DNA from: Octopus vulgaris
Taxonomy: Eukaryota
DNA: 64,000 nucleotides
NCBI GenBank assembly: GCA_951406725.2
Contig: OX597822.1
Coordinates: 41,106,001-41,170,000 of the forward strand
Direction of reading: 5' to 3'
The notes beneath the pieces are model-generated. The model did no database searches. It was given only the letters and a program-made list of their open reading frames with translations, and was not told where the DNA came from. Both the position numbers and the translations under genes were made by a program. Numbering within the stretch: position 1 is the first letter of the stretch; each line of letters opens with the position of its first letter. Shown here piece by piece: positions 39,830-54,690 of the stretch.

Positions 39830-40192
39830 ATGGAGGCCAAGTGTCATATGAACCTCGGTTGAGGACGAGTGGTCTAAGATGTGAAATATAGTATAATGTG
39901 TGAAATGCACCAAACAATGAATGAAACAATAAAAATATATTAAATTAGTGGGTTTTTTTAAAGTTTTCTGTTGTGTTTTTCCATGTGAATTTTTCTTTTT
40001 CCTGGATTCGTTAATATGTTTGTGTTTACTCAACGAAACATCGGCAAATTTGCATGTGTGTGGACGTGTGTATGTGTATGTATCTGTTTATATATGTTTC
40101 TGTATGCATTAACATGTATGTTTGTATGTGTGAGAAAAAGAGAGACAGACAGACAGAAAGAAAGATTGAGAGAGAGTGAGTAATAGAGGAAG

Positions 40193-40239
<47 letters not shown>

Positions 40240-40659
40240 GTATCTTTTCAAATGTCTGGTTGTGTGTAAGAGTGCGTTCACATATCAGTGTATGTGTATG
40301 ATAGAGATAAAGAGGGAGAGAATAAAAGAAATAGAGAAAGAGAGAGAGAGAGGAAGAGTGAGTGCCGGGTGTGAATAGTATATCGGGGTACCACCTCCCC
40401 AACTCCTTCTCTACCTGATAAAAACAAATAGAACAGAAATTTTCCTTTAAGCGAGAAGTTGGCGCCAAAAGTTCAAAACCGCTTATCTCTCCGTCGGACA
40501 GTCTGCGTTGATGATTTTATAATGGACTTCAAGTTACTTCTTGTATAGGGCCAGACACCCTCACACATACACACACACACGCTGAAGAGAAAGTGGGGGT
40601 GTCTATCTCAGGTGATGCAGTCTTGTATGAATAGGGACGAACCAACTCGCTATCTGCCT

Positions 40660-40896
<237 letters not shown>

Positions 40897-40941
40897 GTAC
40901 ACGTCACTTGACAATGTTAGACAAAGAGATATAGTGAGAGA

Positions 40942-40985
<44 letters not shown>

Positions 40986-41231
40986 CATAGAAATATATAT
41001 ATATATATGTATGCATTAGAGAGAGAGAGAGAGAGAGATAGAGAGAGAGAGGACTACAACTTACTATATAAACAATGAGCCCCATTTCCAAGACTCTCCT
41101 GTTTCTTAATCCTTTTGTCTTTATTCCCCCTCCTCTCCGCCCTTCACTTCTCTTCGTCTTTATCCTGTTGTCTCCCTATTCATTTCCTTTCAACCATTGT
41201 CTTTTTAAACACCCTCCTTCTATTTCTTTGT

Positions 41232-41271
<40 letters not shown>

Positions 41272-41557
41272 ACGCTTCTCTCCTCTGGTTATCCATTTGA
41301 CTTTTTACCCTCTCCCACCCCTCTTACTCCTTCTTCCTCGTTATCCATTGCTCTCCCTCCCCCTCTCTCTCTACATCTCCTTATGTCTTTTTCTTTGTTC
41401 CAGAAAAGACACACATCAACAAAGACAAAGAAAAAAAAAAGACAACAGCCTCATTCTTTTTTTGGGGGATTTTTTCCCAATTTTTTGTTGAAGTGATGTG
41501 GAGTTATATAAACATCCTATATCTCCAAGTCTCTCACCGACCTTCTTCTACGTGTGT

Positions 41558-41596
<39 letters not shown>

Positions 41597-41900
41597 AGTG
41601 TGTGTCCATCCCCAACCAACAACCTTTTGACAACCTGTGTTGGTTTGTCCATGTTCCTCTAACTTAGCGGTTCGATAGAATAAGTTACATGATTAAAAAA
41701 TAATTATCGGGGCGGATTTGTCCGACTGAAGACCCTTCAAGACTGTGCCCCAGCATGGCCGCAGTCAAATGGCTGGAACAAAAGATGAAAGATAAAACAT
41801 ACACTTTGTTTTTGTATTTGGTTTGCAAGATTCTTAATGTGAATTCGTATGTTGAAAAAAATCTTGTGTCCTGGATGGGTCGTTATGTCAATAACAACGG

Positions 41901-42164
41901 ACGCGCTGATTCAGTACCACTTCTTTATTGTTACTCAGTTGGTTAAACGTCTAACAACTCATTAATCGATCGTTTGTTTAATCTATTGGTTAAACAATCA
42001 ATTGGTTGTTTGTTTGTCAAAGTTCTTTCATCGTTATTCACAACCTCATCAGTGACATGCTCTTCCTCATCAAGGTCTGCCTTGAAACAAACGATCGATA
42101 AGTTAGCTGGTTAGATATTTAACCACTTGACTAACAATAAAGAAATGGTATTGAACCAATGCGT
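41901..42164. mobile_element. MITE with ~80 bp imperfect TIRs
   Basis: acgcgctgattcagtaccacttctttattgtta..atcgatcgtttgttt versus aaacaaacgatcgat..taacaataaagaaatggtattgaaccaatgcgt. Confidence 0.75.
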
Positions 42165-42169
42165 GTGCA

Positions 42170-42580
42170 GCGCCTATCGTCAAGGATATCGAGTGCTGCG
42201 AGAAGCCGGTTTCTGTGGAGGAAATGGAAGATGTACTGGGTCACTGCGTGGGGCGCAAATCACCAGGATTGGATGGTCTGCCCTATGAACTATATGCCCG
42301 CGTGTCGGACTTGTTTGAGCCGTTTTAGCAGCTGTCTACTGCTTCTGGCAACAGACGGAAAGCATTCCCAGTCGTGTGAGCCGGGGAGTGGTGATCCTGT
42401 TGAGAAAGGATACAAATAAGGAGGATGTGATTGAAAACTTTAGGCCGATAACTCTACTCAACACGGAATTAAAGATTTTAGCTAAGGTGCTCGCCAAGAG
42501 GCTAGCACTTGTCGGTAGTATAGTCGGGAAAGCACGAATCTGGTAGATCTATCCACGGCAATCTCCAGCTCATGCGATAC
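42170..42580 (+). mobile_element. Tx1/L1-clade LINE RT N-terminal fragment
   Basis: EEMEDVL..KSPGLDGLPYELY..GVVILLRK..NFRPITLLNTELKILAKVLAKRL..GRSIHGNL.LMRY. Confidence 0.85.
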
Positions 42581-42742
42581 ATGTCAGTCTACTTCATTGG
42601 AAGGCACGCTAGATGCCGAAATATTGTTCAACCAATTTCACATGATATGGCACTCTTCTATTTATTTCTCTATAACTTCTGGATGAGTTACCTCGATCCT
42701 ATATAATCTTTAAAATAAAAGGAAGTAGACTGACATGTAATT

Positions 42743-42785
42743 TTGAACCCGTAGAAGGCACGCTAGATGCCGAAATATCGTTCAA
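42743..42785 (+). ncRNA. Hammerhead-like motif with variant core, in a Penelope-like duplication (42579-42815)
   Basis: ttgaac-CCGTAGA-a-ggca(cgctaga)tgcc-GAAA-ta-TC-gttcaa: 6 bp stem I; partial direct copy at 42601-42659; inverted acatgtcagtctacttc / gaagtagactgacatgt. Confidence 0.55.
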
Positions 42786-42814
42786 CCAATTTCACATGAT
42801 ATGGCACTCTTCTG

Positions 42815-43330
<516 letters not shown>

Positions 43331-43519
43331 AGAAAGATTTATCTTTATTATTATTATTGAGTGAGAGAGCAGTGCAATGCCATCAAAGTGACACTGGGGT
43401 AAAATATACGAAGCCCCGTATACCCATCATGACTACCCTTACATACACACAAACATACACATGCTATTCACACACACATACACATACATATTTATATGTA
43501 TGTATGTACGTATGTATGT

Positions 43520-43645
43520 ATGTATGCCAATTTTGTACAAGATATTGTAGATCTTTAGCTGGGCTAAAAAGTCACATTCGATCACAGCACCAGTAACAGT
43601 TAAGCTTCGTGCCATGGCCATACTCGATAACGAGGGGGCAGCCAT
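43520..43645 (+). mobile_element. RTE-like LINE 3' end
   Basis: CQFCTRYCRSLAGLKSHIRS (C2H2-like) followed by a short tail catggccatactcgataacgagg. Confidence 0.55.
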
Positions 43646-43903
43646 AATGTATGTATGTATGTATGTATAGAGAGAGAAAGAGAGATACATACATACACGT
43701 ATAGTTTTAAAAGGTTATATTTAAATAAGTAACATATATATGTTTCTATAATGGACTTATTAAATGCTTATATAATAAATAACCATCATTGATCATTTAT
43801 TATATAAATATTTAAAACGAAATATTTAAAACGAAGTAAGATTTAATGAAGAATATACACCATACATACATACACACACACATATATATATATATATATT
43901 GTG

Positions 43904-44100
43904 AGGCGGCGAGCTGGCAGAAACGTTAGCACGCCGGGCGAAATGCGTAGCCGTATTTCGTCTGCCGTTACGTTCTGGGTTCAAATTCCGCCGAGGTCGA
44001 CTTTGCCTTTCATCCTTTCGGGGTCGATAAATTAAGTACCAGTTACGCACTGGGGTCGATGTAATCGACTTAATCCGTTTGTCTGTCCCCTCTGTGTTTA
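43904..44100 (+). mobile_element. SINE family B monomer
   Basis: Near-consensus head and body. Confidence 0.9.
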
Positions 44101-44321
44101 CATACACCAACCCTATACATACACACGTCCAGACCCCTCCTACGCACTAATAGCTGGTCATTCAACCCTATTATCAACCCTATTATCTCCCCTTATTTCG
44201 CTCTCGCGTCTCATGTTTGATCTTTGACCTCTGGCCGAAATCAGATCGCCATGTTGATTCGTTAGTTACTGCACGCATTTTTTTTCTCTCCTTCTTTCTG
44301 TGTTTTTTTTCTCTCTGTGTA

Positions 44322-44359
44322 TCTTTCTGTTGAAGAGCGTAGGCTCGAAACGTTAAAGA
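44322..44359 (+). ncRNA. Hammerhead-like motif in a Penelope-like end (~44100-44460)
   Basis: tcttt-CTGTTGA-a-gagc(gtag)gctc-GAAA-cg-TT-aaaga. Confidence 0.55.
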
Positions 44360-44598
44360 CTTGTTTTATTTATATTTCCTGAGCGCCATACTAATACAAT
44401 TGTTTGTTTGTTTTCCACCTGCCTTCGTCTTTTGTCTATTTTCATAAAGCTTCCCGTTATATATATATATATATATATATATCACCGTGATCACCGTGAC
44501 CGACCAGGCTATCAGATGTTGTTACACATCGCTGGTCACTATGCGCGTCGCATTGTTTTAGCCTTCAAATGACGCCACCCCGCTGGCTAAGCGAGCAG

Positions 44599-44675
<77 letters not shown>

Positions 44676-44936
44676 GTACATATATATGTTAACCATGTCA
44701 AGGAATGGTAGCATCCAAGGAAATACTGGTGTTCAATACCTAGTATTTTGGGGGAATTAAATTCCCTCAAAACAATAAGTATATAGTTTATATCTATTTA
44801 AAAGAAAGAAAATAGATATTAGGAAGTTAATAATTTTTAATTTAATTGAAACGTCTGTAAGAAGTGAAGCTGTTCAATTTATTGTTAATAATAAACAATT
44901 ATTATCTTCTTAATGTCCATTTTCTTTTCTTCATAT

Positions 44937-45031
<95 letters not shown>

Positions 45032-45458
45032 TATATAGCTTAATTTAATTCATCCTTAGTCGAAAGACACCTGTTGTTATGTTCTGTTATAATTTTTTAG
45101 GGCATTTGTGTAACATTTTCCGTTTATTACGTCCTTTTTTTGTAAACATTCGCTTCTTTCTTCCAAGGAATATAATGCTCTTAGATTAGTTTCTCCTTGG
45201 GGCAGGCCAGATTGGAGCAATCTCGAGTGTAATCAGCCGAAATTGCGAAAATAATCTGGTACTCGACTGAGGAAAGAAAACTTCGAATGACCCGTCCTTG
45301 TTTTCTTGTATCGTCTATCTGGATGTTTTATTGTCCCATTTTTGTATCACATAACTGTCCGGATGTTTTGCGTTCTTGTCCCATCTTGTATATATATATA
45401 TACAGCATGGCCACAGCTCATTAGCTGAAACTGGAAAAATCAAAAATCAAAATCAAAA

Positions 45459-45514
<56 letters not shown>

Positions 45515-45516
45515 AA

Positions 45517-45730
45517 GTTAATCCAAACAAGAAAACACAAAAAAACACAAAAAAAAACACAATAACGCGAGGACGTGGAACAAATAAAGTATTATTGGAC
45601 GCTCAGGAAAGAAAGGAAGAAGGAGGGTTTAACGTTTCGAGTGGAGCTCTTCGTCGGAAACATAGAAGGAAAGATCCCGAGAAGGTAAGACAGAGGAAAA
45701 AAAATCGCCAGCGGTACCCACAAGGTCACA
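45517..45730 (-). mobile_element. Penelope-like terminal fragment (family of 9249-9465)
   Basis: Homologous text; hammerhead-like motif at 45627-45661. Confidence 0.65.
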
Positions 45731-45735
45731 TATGT

Positions 45736-45773
<38 letters not shown>

Positions 45774-45780
45774 ACATATG

Positions 45781-45853
<73 letters not shown>

Positions 45854-46558
45854 CATATATATGTATATACATATACACACGCACACATATATACGAATGT
45901 ATGTATGTATGTATCTTTGTATACATGAATGTATCAATGTACATATGTATGAGCGAAATTTAAAGAAAGGCAAATCTTTTAGTAACATAGTCAGAATGAT
46001 AGAAAACTGGCAAGGCCGAGGTTTTTTCGATTAAATTGATTACGGTTTTTAATTGATAGATTTTTTTTATCGATGTATGAAAGATTAATGGCAAAGTTGA
46101 CCTCGGTGGGATTTGGACTTAGAACATAAAAAGTTATGAAAACTTAAATTGTTTTCCCAACACATTAACGATTCTAAAGAAAGCTGTTAATTATATCTAT
46201 TTGGAACATGTAACTTTTACTAAGAGAAAGCAATTATTAATATTTTATTGTCCGTGAAATACCGATACATACGCAATCTACATTATCCGAAACATATTGT
46301 TAAAAAGTTTCAAGAAAAAAAAAAATTCATTTTTCATAAAGTTATGAGGCGTCAAATTCGGCAAGGGTCACACTTCTGTAGTTAGACACTAAATTGATTG
46401 ACTGCGCGCATGATTAGTGCGAGACAAATAGAGAATACAGATGAAAATTAGATATTACATAGAGAAATTACACAAATTGGAAAATATCATTTAGTGACAT
46501 GGGGGCGATTTTTCTGCTAATATCATTTAATAACATACCGCATTAGGACCTCACAAGG

Positions 46559-46791
46559 TTTCTTCTTCTTCTTCTTCTTCTTCTTCTTCTTCTTCTTCTT
46601 CTTCTTCTTCTTCTTCTTCTTCTTCTTCTTCTTCTTCTTCTTCTTCTTCTTCTTCTTCTTCTTCTTCTTCTTCTTCTTCTTCTTCTCCTCCTCTTCTTCT
46701 TCTTCTTCTTCTTCTTCTTCTTCTCCTCTTCTTCTTCTTCTTCTTCTTCTTCTTCTTCTTCTTCTTCTTCTTCTTCTTCTTCTTCTTCTTC
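46559..46791. repeat. (TTC)n microsatellite
   Basis: Direct observation. Confidence 0.99.
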
Positions 46792-47017
46792 CAGGTTGAA
46801 GATGCTGAACGAAATACCCATGTTTCCAAAAATGAACTATCTAAACCCCAAAGAATTCCTCTCAATACATGGCCATAATGTGCTGCCACTACTTTTGCTC
46901 GTGATTAGAGATGCACATATCGACAGCCACTAATGGACATGCTCAAATGGTTATGGTCAAACATCTGACAAGCAAATCTGTGGTATTGAGCAGAATATTT
47001 GCTGTAGCACATCTTTT

Positions 47018-47202
<185 letters not shown>

Positions 47203-47305
47203 TTTCAAAATTCGTTGTAACTCTCCGCAAAGATGGAATTTAGTTGGGTTTACACTTTGATAACAAGTCTCCTCCTGTGACCTCAGCCATTATTATAAAT
47301 ATATA

Positions 47306-47341
<36 letters not shown>

Positions 47342-47726
47342 TGTATGTATGTATGTATGTATGTATGTATGTATGAATAGAATATGAGGGGTTTAGATCA
47401 CTTGTGATCTAAACGAATAGGTACGCTGTGTAAGTCCTATAGTTGGTCGTCCGCTAGGTTCTAAGTTCGCAACTGAGGCTGGCTCTAGGGATCCGTGTTA
47501 GGGTTCCGTGTTAGGGTTCCGTTATAGCATGTGTATATTATATTAGAGGAAAAAGCAAGACCATGGCAGAACGAGTGGCTTTAGAATATATATAAATTCA
47601 TTTAGAATAATTTAATTGGCGTAAGATACTCTTTCTGCCTTGCTTTTTCCTCTAATATAATATAATATAATATAACATAATATAATATAATATAATATAA
47701 TATAATATAATATTATATATATATAA

Positions 47727-47938
47727 AGTTAATCCAAACAAGAAAGCACAAAAAAACACAACAACGCGAGGACGTGGAACAAGTATAGTATTATTGGACG
47801 CTCAGGAAAGAAGGAAAGAAGGAAAGAAGGAAGGTTTAACGTTTCGAGCGGAGCTCTTCGTCGGAAACATAGGAGAAGGAAAGATCCAGAGAAGGGAAGA
47901 CAGAGGAAAAAATCGCCAACGGTACACACGCGGTCACT
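47727..47938 (-). mobile_element. Penelope-like terminal fragment (family of 9249-9465)
   Basis: Homologous text; hammerhead-like motif at 47834-47868. Confidence 0.65.
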
Positions 47939-47993
47939 GATAGCTAGATAGACAGGTAGTTGGATAAACATATATATATATATATATATATAT

Positions 47994-48043
<50 letters not shown>

Positions 48044-48044
48044 T

Positions 48045-48081
<37 letters not shown>

Positions 48082-48687
48082 AGAAAGAGAGAGAGAATGG
48101 GAGGATGAGAAAGAGCGAGAGAGATTATTATGTCCCAAATGGGAAGTTTGCAAGAGAGAGATAGACATAAGTGTGAGGTGCAGAACAAAGACTGTAGCAC
48201 TATTAAGGTGATGTTGTCTTATATAAACAACACACTTCACACGACTCAAACTCTCTCTCTCTCTCTTTTCCTTCTTCACCTTTCTCTTCCTCCCTTCTCC
48301 TCTCCTTTTTTTCATCAGACCCCCTCCTCGTATCCCTTCCGTCTCTGCCACCGTCTTTTTTTTTCTTTTCCATCACATCCCACCTTCCTTTCTCTTCACA
48401 TACCAACTCATCATCACCCAAACTCTACGTTGCTATAAAAATAGTTGTTGCTATTGTTGTTGTTGCTGCTGTTGTTGTAGTTGTTGCTGTTGTTGTTGTC
48501 GCTGTTGGTATTGTTATAATTGTTATTGTCGTTACTTTTGTGTTACTGCTGCGCTTGCTATTGTTGCCGCTAATGTTGCTAGTGTTATTGCTGGTGATGT
48601 TCACTTAATTATAAAGGTCGCTATTGTCCAGTATCAGGTAACACAGTAAGGTGGACAATAGCGGGTGTGGGCGGTGAACGCACCACA

Positions 48688-48728
<41 letters not shown>

Positions 48729-48846
48729 AACTACTATTTAATACAGTTTGTATATTTAGTAACTTCGCTCTAAGCTTACTGTAAGGTGTAGTTTAATAGA
48801 TATTTGTTTCAATGTTCATCCCTGATATATATTATTAACTCTGAGT

Positions 48847-49330
48847 AAGGCGGCGAGCTGGCAGAAACGTTAGCACGCCGGGCGAAATGCTTAACGATAT
48901 TTCGCCTGTCTGAGTTCAAATTCCGCCGAGGTCGACTTTGCCTTTCATCCTTTCGGGGTCGATTAAAAAAGCACCAGTTACGCACTGGGGTCGATGTAAT
49001 CGACTTAATCCGTTTGTCTGTCCTTGTTTGTCTCCTCTATGTTTAGCCCTTTGTGGACAATAAAGAAATAAGAAACGTTAGCACGCCGGACGAAATGCTT
49101 AGCGGTATTTCGTCTGCCGTTACGTTCCGTCTGTGTTTAGCCCCTTGTGGGTAGTAAAGAAATAGGTATTTCGTCTGCCGCTACGTTCTGAGTTCAAATT
49201 CCGCCGAGGTCGACTTTGCCTTTTTCCTTTCGGGATCGATAAATTAAGTACCAGTTGCGAACTGGGGGCGATCTAATCGACTGGCCCCCTCCCCACCAAA
49301 ATTTCGGGCCTTGTGCCTAAAGTAGAAAAA
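48847..49330 (+). mobile_element. SINE family B multimer
   Basis: Head, deleted second unit and third unit; flanking actctgagt duplicated. Confidence 0.88.
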
Positions 49331-49371
49331 TTTGCTGACTCTGAGTTCAACTCCGAGTATAACTTTGATTA

Positions 49372-50313
49372 CGGATCTTATCGGTTTGGCTGTCAGCATC
49401 AGTTCTGTTCGAATTGATTTCATATTCAGTGTAATGATATACTTTTATAGGCTAATTAATGAGGTGAAAGTAATTTTCGCTATATATCTATAAAGAGCTA
49501 TTAGCAATTAAAGTTAAACAATTTTGATAATTTTAGCCAATTGTAAGCCACAGACACATTCATGTCTGTTTCGATAGTAAAAAGCGGAACATGAGAACTC
49601 TTGTCTCTGAACGTGCCTGTTGCTATAATAACAAGCGAATCCGAGCAGTCTTTGAAAAGTCTTTTATCTGCGTGGAAGCACGTGTTGACAAATTTGACGC
49701 TGTGTTCTTATGTTCTGTGTGAATATGACAGCAAGCTCCAGTAAAAGAGGAGGATATTTTAAAAATTAAAACAGAGAGTTAAATGTTTGTTATCTAATGC
49801 TTAAATATTTGTTTTTTAAGCATATTTTGTTCACTTTTATTTTTATTTATAACATATAAACATGTACATCTTTTGGAACATTGTTATTTCATAAGATTTT
49901 GCTGGCAAATTTTTGAATTAACAAAGGCATTTACTTACATAAAAAAAAATTACCGGAGACATATCATGTGTTGTTTACAAATATCAACGACACTTGCTAT
50001 TTTCAGGATGTTGACGACAAAATGTGCAGTCACACACAAAAGGACAACTTACAAATCCGGTTTCCTGACTGGGTGAAAATGATCAAACTTTAAACCTCTA
50101 TAACTTTTTAAAAACATTTTTTCTGGAAAAAATGAAATATAGGCGCAGGAGTGGCTGTGTGGTAAGTAGCTTGTTTACCAACCACATAGTTCCGGGTTCA
50201 GTCCCACTGCGTGGCACCTTGGGCAAGTGTCTTCTACTATAGCCTCGGGCCGACCAAAGCCTTGTGAGTAGATTTGGTAGACGGAAACTGAAAAGAAGCC
50301 CGTCGTATATATG

Positions 50314-50361
<48 letters not shown>

Positions 50362-50505
50362 AATTAAGGACTGAACACGAAAAAGTGGACAGTCAACATG
50401 CTAGATATAGACCTTAATTGGTATATATAAATATTTTAATCTTCGGATCCTTTTTAATGTGCTAGACCACTGGTTTTAATTGACTAATATCAATTTTTAC
50501 CCTTA

Positions 50506-50576
<71 letters not shown>

Positions 50577-50896
50577 TGTGTGTGTCTGTGTTTGTCCCCC
50601 TAGTATTGCTTGACAACCGATGCTGGTGTGTTTATGTCCTCGTTACTTAGCGGTTCGGCAAAAGAGACCGATTGAATAAGTACTGGGCTTACAAAAGAAT
50701 AAGTCCCGGTCGAGTTGCTGGATTAAAGGCGGTGCTCCAGCATGGCCGCAGTCAAATGACTGAAACAAGTAAAAGAGTAAAGAGTAATAACTCCAGCAAT
50801 TCAGTTTGCGCATGTGTATTATCGTACCAAATTAAAAAAAAAAATTTAGTAAACATTAATTTTTGGAGCTGCTGGCAACCAGACCGATAAGATCCA
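49372..50896. mobile_element. TIR element with CGGATCT termini containing a nested SINE A (50141-50785)
   Basis: ggatcttatcggtttggctgtcagca versus tgctggcaaccagaccgataagatcc. Confidence 0.6.
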
Positions 50897-51183
50897 TGAG
50901 TACAACTCTGAATAGGGCTAAATCTATTTATTGTTGGTTCGCAACAGTATTTTTTTTCTGCACATAAATATAGCAGATTTGAATACTGCGATGTTTTCAC
51001 GGAAATTTGACATCCCATGTCTTCCTGCTTTGTTGTCTTGAGCGTATATAAACCGAGATTCCAAATTCTTAAATATATATATGTTGCACAACTGAACAAA
51101 CTTGTGCCAAAGTAAAAGCGTCTCTTTTCATGTAAGTCTGATGAAGTGCCACTTAAATGTAACCAACCGCAAATAATACATTT

Positions 51184-51340
51184 CATTTCACATAAAACCA
51201 TTCACGTGTATTGGTGTTCAAAACGAATTGCTATCGAAACGATTGTAACTAGTAACTATTTTCTAACTGATGTTTTATACGTAGCTTTCACGATTAGTTA
51301 TGATAAAATTATTTTAGCATTTTCTACCTTGACTTATTTT

Positions 51341-51424
<84 letters not shown>

Positions 51425-51670
51425 GTATGTATTGTTGTGTTTCAGGATGGTCATGGTCATTTTCTTTTTGCCAAATAAATATCTCTTTTACTTGTTTCAG
51501 TCAATTGACTACGGCCATGCTGGAGCACCGCTTTTAGTCGAGCAAATCGACCCCGGGACTTATTCTTTGTAAGCCCAGTACTTATTCTATCGGTCTCTTT
51601 TTGCCGAACCGCTAAGTTACGGGGACGTAAACACACCAGCATCGGTTGTCAAGCAATGCCAGGGGGACAA

Positions 51671-51713
<43 letters not shown>

Positions 51714-52005
51714 CATATATACGACAGGCTTCTTTCAGTTTCCGTCTACCAAATCTACTCACAAGGCATTGGTCGGCCCGGGGCTATAGCAGAAGACACT
51801 TGCCCAAGATGCCACGCAGTGGGACTGAACCCGGAACCATGTGGTTGGTAAGCAAGCTACTTACCACACAGCCACTCCTGCGCCTATATGTATTCTTTTA
51901 TACTTTTATCGTTTCAGCCACGCAGCTGCGGTCATGCTGGAGCACTACTGAGCTCTTTTTCATTTCCCCAATCTAGCGTGTTTTACATCACCACTCCTGT
52001 ATGTG

Positions 52006-52050
<45 letters not shown>

Positions 52051-52526
52051 CATAATATAATATAATAAATATAATATAATATATTATAATATAAATACAA
52101 ACATGCATACGTCAAAATGTATCTGAGCCAAAATGTATGTGAATATGGATAATCAGCGAGGATGCTAAAGGCATGAAGACCAAGTTTTCAGCCCACGTCA
52201 CGTATATCCGAGTAGATTAAATAACTCCATAAAGCCGTAGGATTTATAAGCAAGTTCGCTGGCAAACTTATAACTGATCGGACATTTCCATAGAACTAAC
52301 CAAACATTGATAAAGATGAAGATAAAAACTGCTACATCCTCGGTAACCCTCCAGTTTGATTGTTGAAATTCAGGTACAGAACAGACTGTTTTATATTTTG
52401 ATAACTAATCGTGAAAGGTACGTCTCAAACATCAATTAGAACATAGTTACTAGTTACTAGTTACAATTGTTTCGAAAGTATTTCGCTTTGAACACCATCA
52501 CACGAGAATGGTTTTATGTGAAACTG
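51184..52526. mobile_element. Fold-back element with ~125 bp TIRs and nested SINE A (51482-51885, minus strand)
   Basis: catttcacataaaaccattc..tttcacgattagttat versus ataactaatcgtgaaa..gaatggttttatgtgaaactg. Confidence 0.75.
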
Positions 52527-53121
52527 GAACAAGAAGCTGACAGAGGAACAAACCGCATAATAGCAGAAAACACTCAATGGAAGTTTACATGTTTATGCCC
52601 TCATCAGTTACCGTTTAAATATCGCCACAACTTCGATATTTTCCGATGATATTGTTCAATTTGGCGCTGTGAGCTGAGATATAAATGAATGGGCATGATA
52701 GACAAGTGCAATAACACTAACACACACACACACACACACACTACAGAAGCAAACACGTATAGAAACACACGCATACGCACACACACACACATATGATAAA
52801 TAAACAAAAGAATACGGTTGGCGGTACTGTATGTTATTCTTATGCTTACTTTTATCCACTGGGATAAGCGTACCAGCCTCATAATCGGTATTTTCCCCGG
52901 ATTTACGGTTTGTATGGAATGTTATTTGTATTAATGGAATAGTTTGCGCGCGTGTGTGTGTATGTATTTATGTATGTATGTATGTATGTAAGTATGTATG
53001 TAAATATATATATATATATAGATTTATTTATCTGCACAAGGGAACTATTTCTGAATGTTTGTGATTGTTACATCGTGATGTGTGTGTATGTGTGTGCGTG
53101 TGTGTGTGAGTATGTGTGTGA

Positions 53122-53186
<65 letters not shown>

Positions 53187-53940
53187 TGTGTGTGCGTGCG
53201 TGCGTGCGTGTATGTGTGTCAGGCCAGCAGACCAAATCAAAATATGAACAGAAGCAGAACAGCATTAATCACGTGCTAGCAAAATGAATGAATGATGCTA
53301 CCACGTCAGTCGATCAATTGATCCGCCATGTTGACTAGCCAGTTTACATTAAGTGAATCCACGTGTAAACATTGATGATATGATCACCTCCCACCGCTAC
53401 CCCCACATTCTCTTCATATATACTGAACCTACTCTAAACACACACTCCATACAGAATGACACTGTAAACACACGACATAGAGAAGATTGTGTACACAAGT
53501 TGACTCATCGGGTCTTAACTGGTTCTTTAACTTAGAAGCCAAAGAAAGATGATGGTAAATTGCTAGAATCATTAGATTAAAGGAGGTAATGCCGTGTGAT
53601 TATAGAGTAACGGTTTCTAAGATTCTGAGTTCAAATCCCGCCGAAATAAACTCTGCTTTTATCCATTCGAGGATGATAAAATAAAATAGCTGAAATAAAA
53701 TCAAGTACTGAGTTGGGAGGTATCGACTAACCCCTTTTATATTTTGCTTATTCCAGTCATTAGACTGCGGCCACGCTGGGGCAGCGCCGTGAAGAATTTT
53801 TGATCTATGGAATCGACCCGAGTACTTTTTTTTTTAATTTTTAAACCTCGTACTTATTCTAACGGTTCTTTTTGTCGAACTGTTAAGTTACGGTGATGTA
53901 AACAGACCAACGCCGGTTGTCAATCAGTCATGGGGGACAA

Positions 53941-53984
<44 letters not shown>

Positions 53985-54038
53985 GTATATATATATTTAT
54001 TTATTTATTTATAGATAGATAGATAGATATATATATAT

Positions 54039-54081
<43 letters not shown>

Positions 54082-54322
54082 TGGCTTAATGGTTAGAGTG
54101 TTGCGTTCGCGATTGCAAGATCTTGGTTTCGATTCCCAAACCGGGAGTTGCGTCGTGTTCTTGAGCAAAACACTTCATTTCATCTTGCTCAGTGATCAGT
54201 TCGTCATCTCACATGTGGTACCTGTACAGGTAATGTCGATTTGTGTGTGTGTGTGTGTGTGGGGGCATTATTTACATTATTTACATTTGACGGATATTTG
54301 TCCTCATCTTGTTTGTCGTTAA

Positions 54323-54364
54323 CAGAACGTTTCAGCAGATATACCCTCCAGCCTTCATCAGGTG
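54323..54364 (-). ncRNA. Penelope-type hammerhead motif (canonical core, decayed stems)
   Basis: rc: cac-CTGATGA-aggctgga(gggtata)tctgct-GAAAC-GTT-ctg. Confidence 0.55.
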
Positions 54365-54519
54365 ACTTGGGGAAATTTCGAAAAGGCAGTTTCGGTGCCA
54401 TTTTTAGAGACTGCATCCCTTCCAATGTCCAACGATATCCTCTCAGTAGTTAGAATGATTAGCGACCTATCGATTCATCAAGGTTATCTTCGGCCATGTC
54501 TTGTGTGTTTTGAATTTCA

Positions 54520-54690
54520 AGCTATTGCTCAGAAACTTAAGGTAATGAAGGGAAATCTACTCAAACTTCGATTCAGGAAAACCGACTCGGTTTTCGCAGA
54601 CGACGTCATCGTTTGGTTGGTGTCAAGAACCAAGGCAGATGAAGTGTTTGTGAACACCCAGGAGAAATACGAAATGATAACCAGTTTACA
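54520..54690 (+). mobile_element. Short LINE RT fragment (FADDV motif)
   Basis: ORF 54362-54799 contains QKLKVMKG..SVFADDVIV..VS..EKYEMIT, consistent with an RT catalytic segment. Confidence 0.4.

Larger units (their letters stand above)
37368..39871 (+). mobile_element. hAT-Charlie-like MITE hosting multiple nested insertions
   Basis: Termini aagtggtcctcaacc / ggttgaggacgagtg; 8 bp flanks gtctaaag / gtctaaga. Confidence 0.7.

Noticed and set aside
47485-47523. Interstitial telomere (ttaggg)
   Set aside because: Only a 13 bp unit (ttagggttccgtg) repeated 2-3 times, not a TTAGGG array
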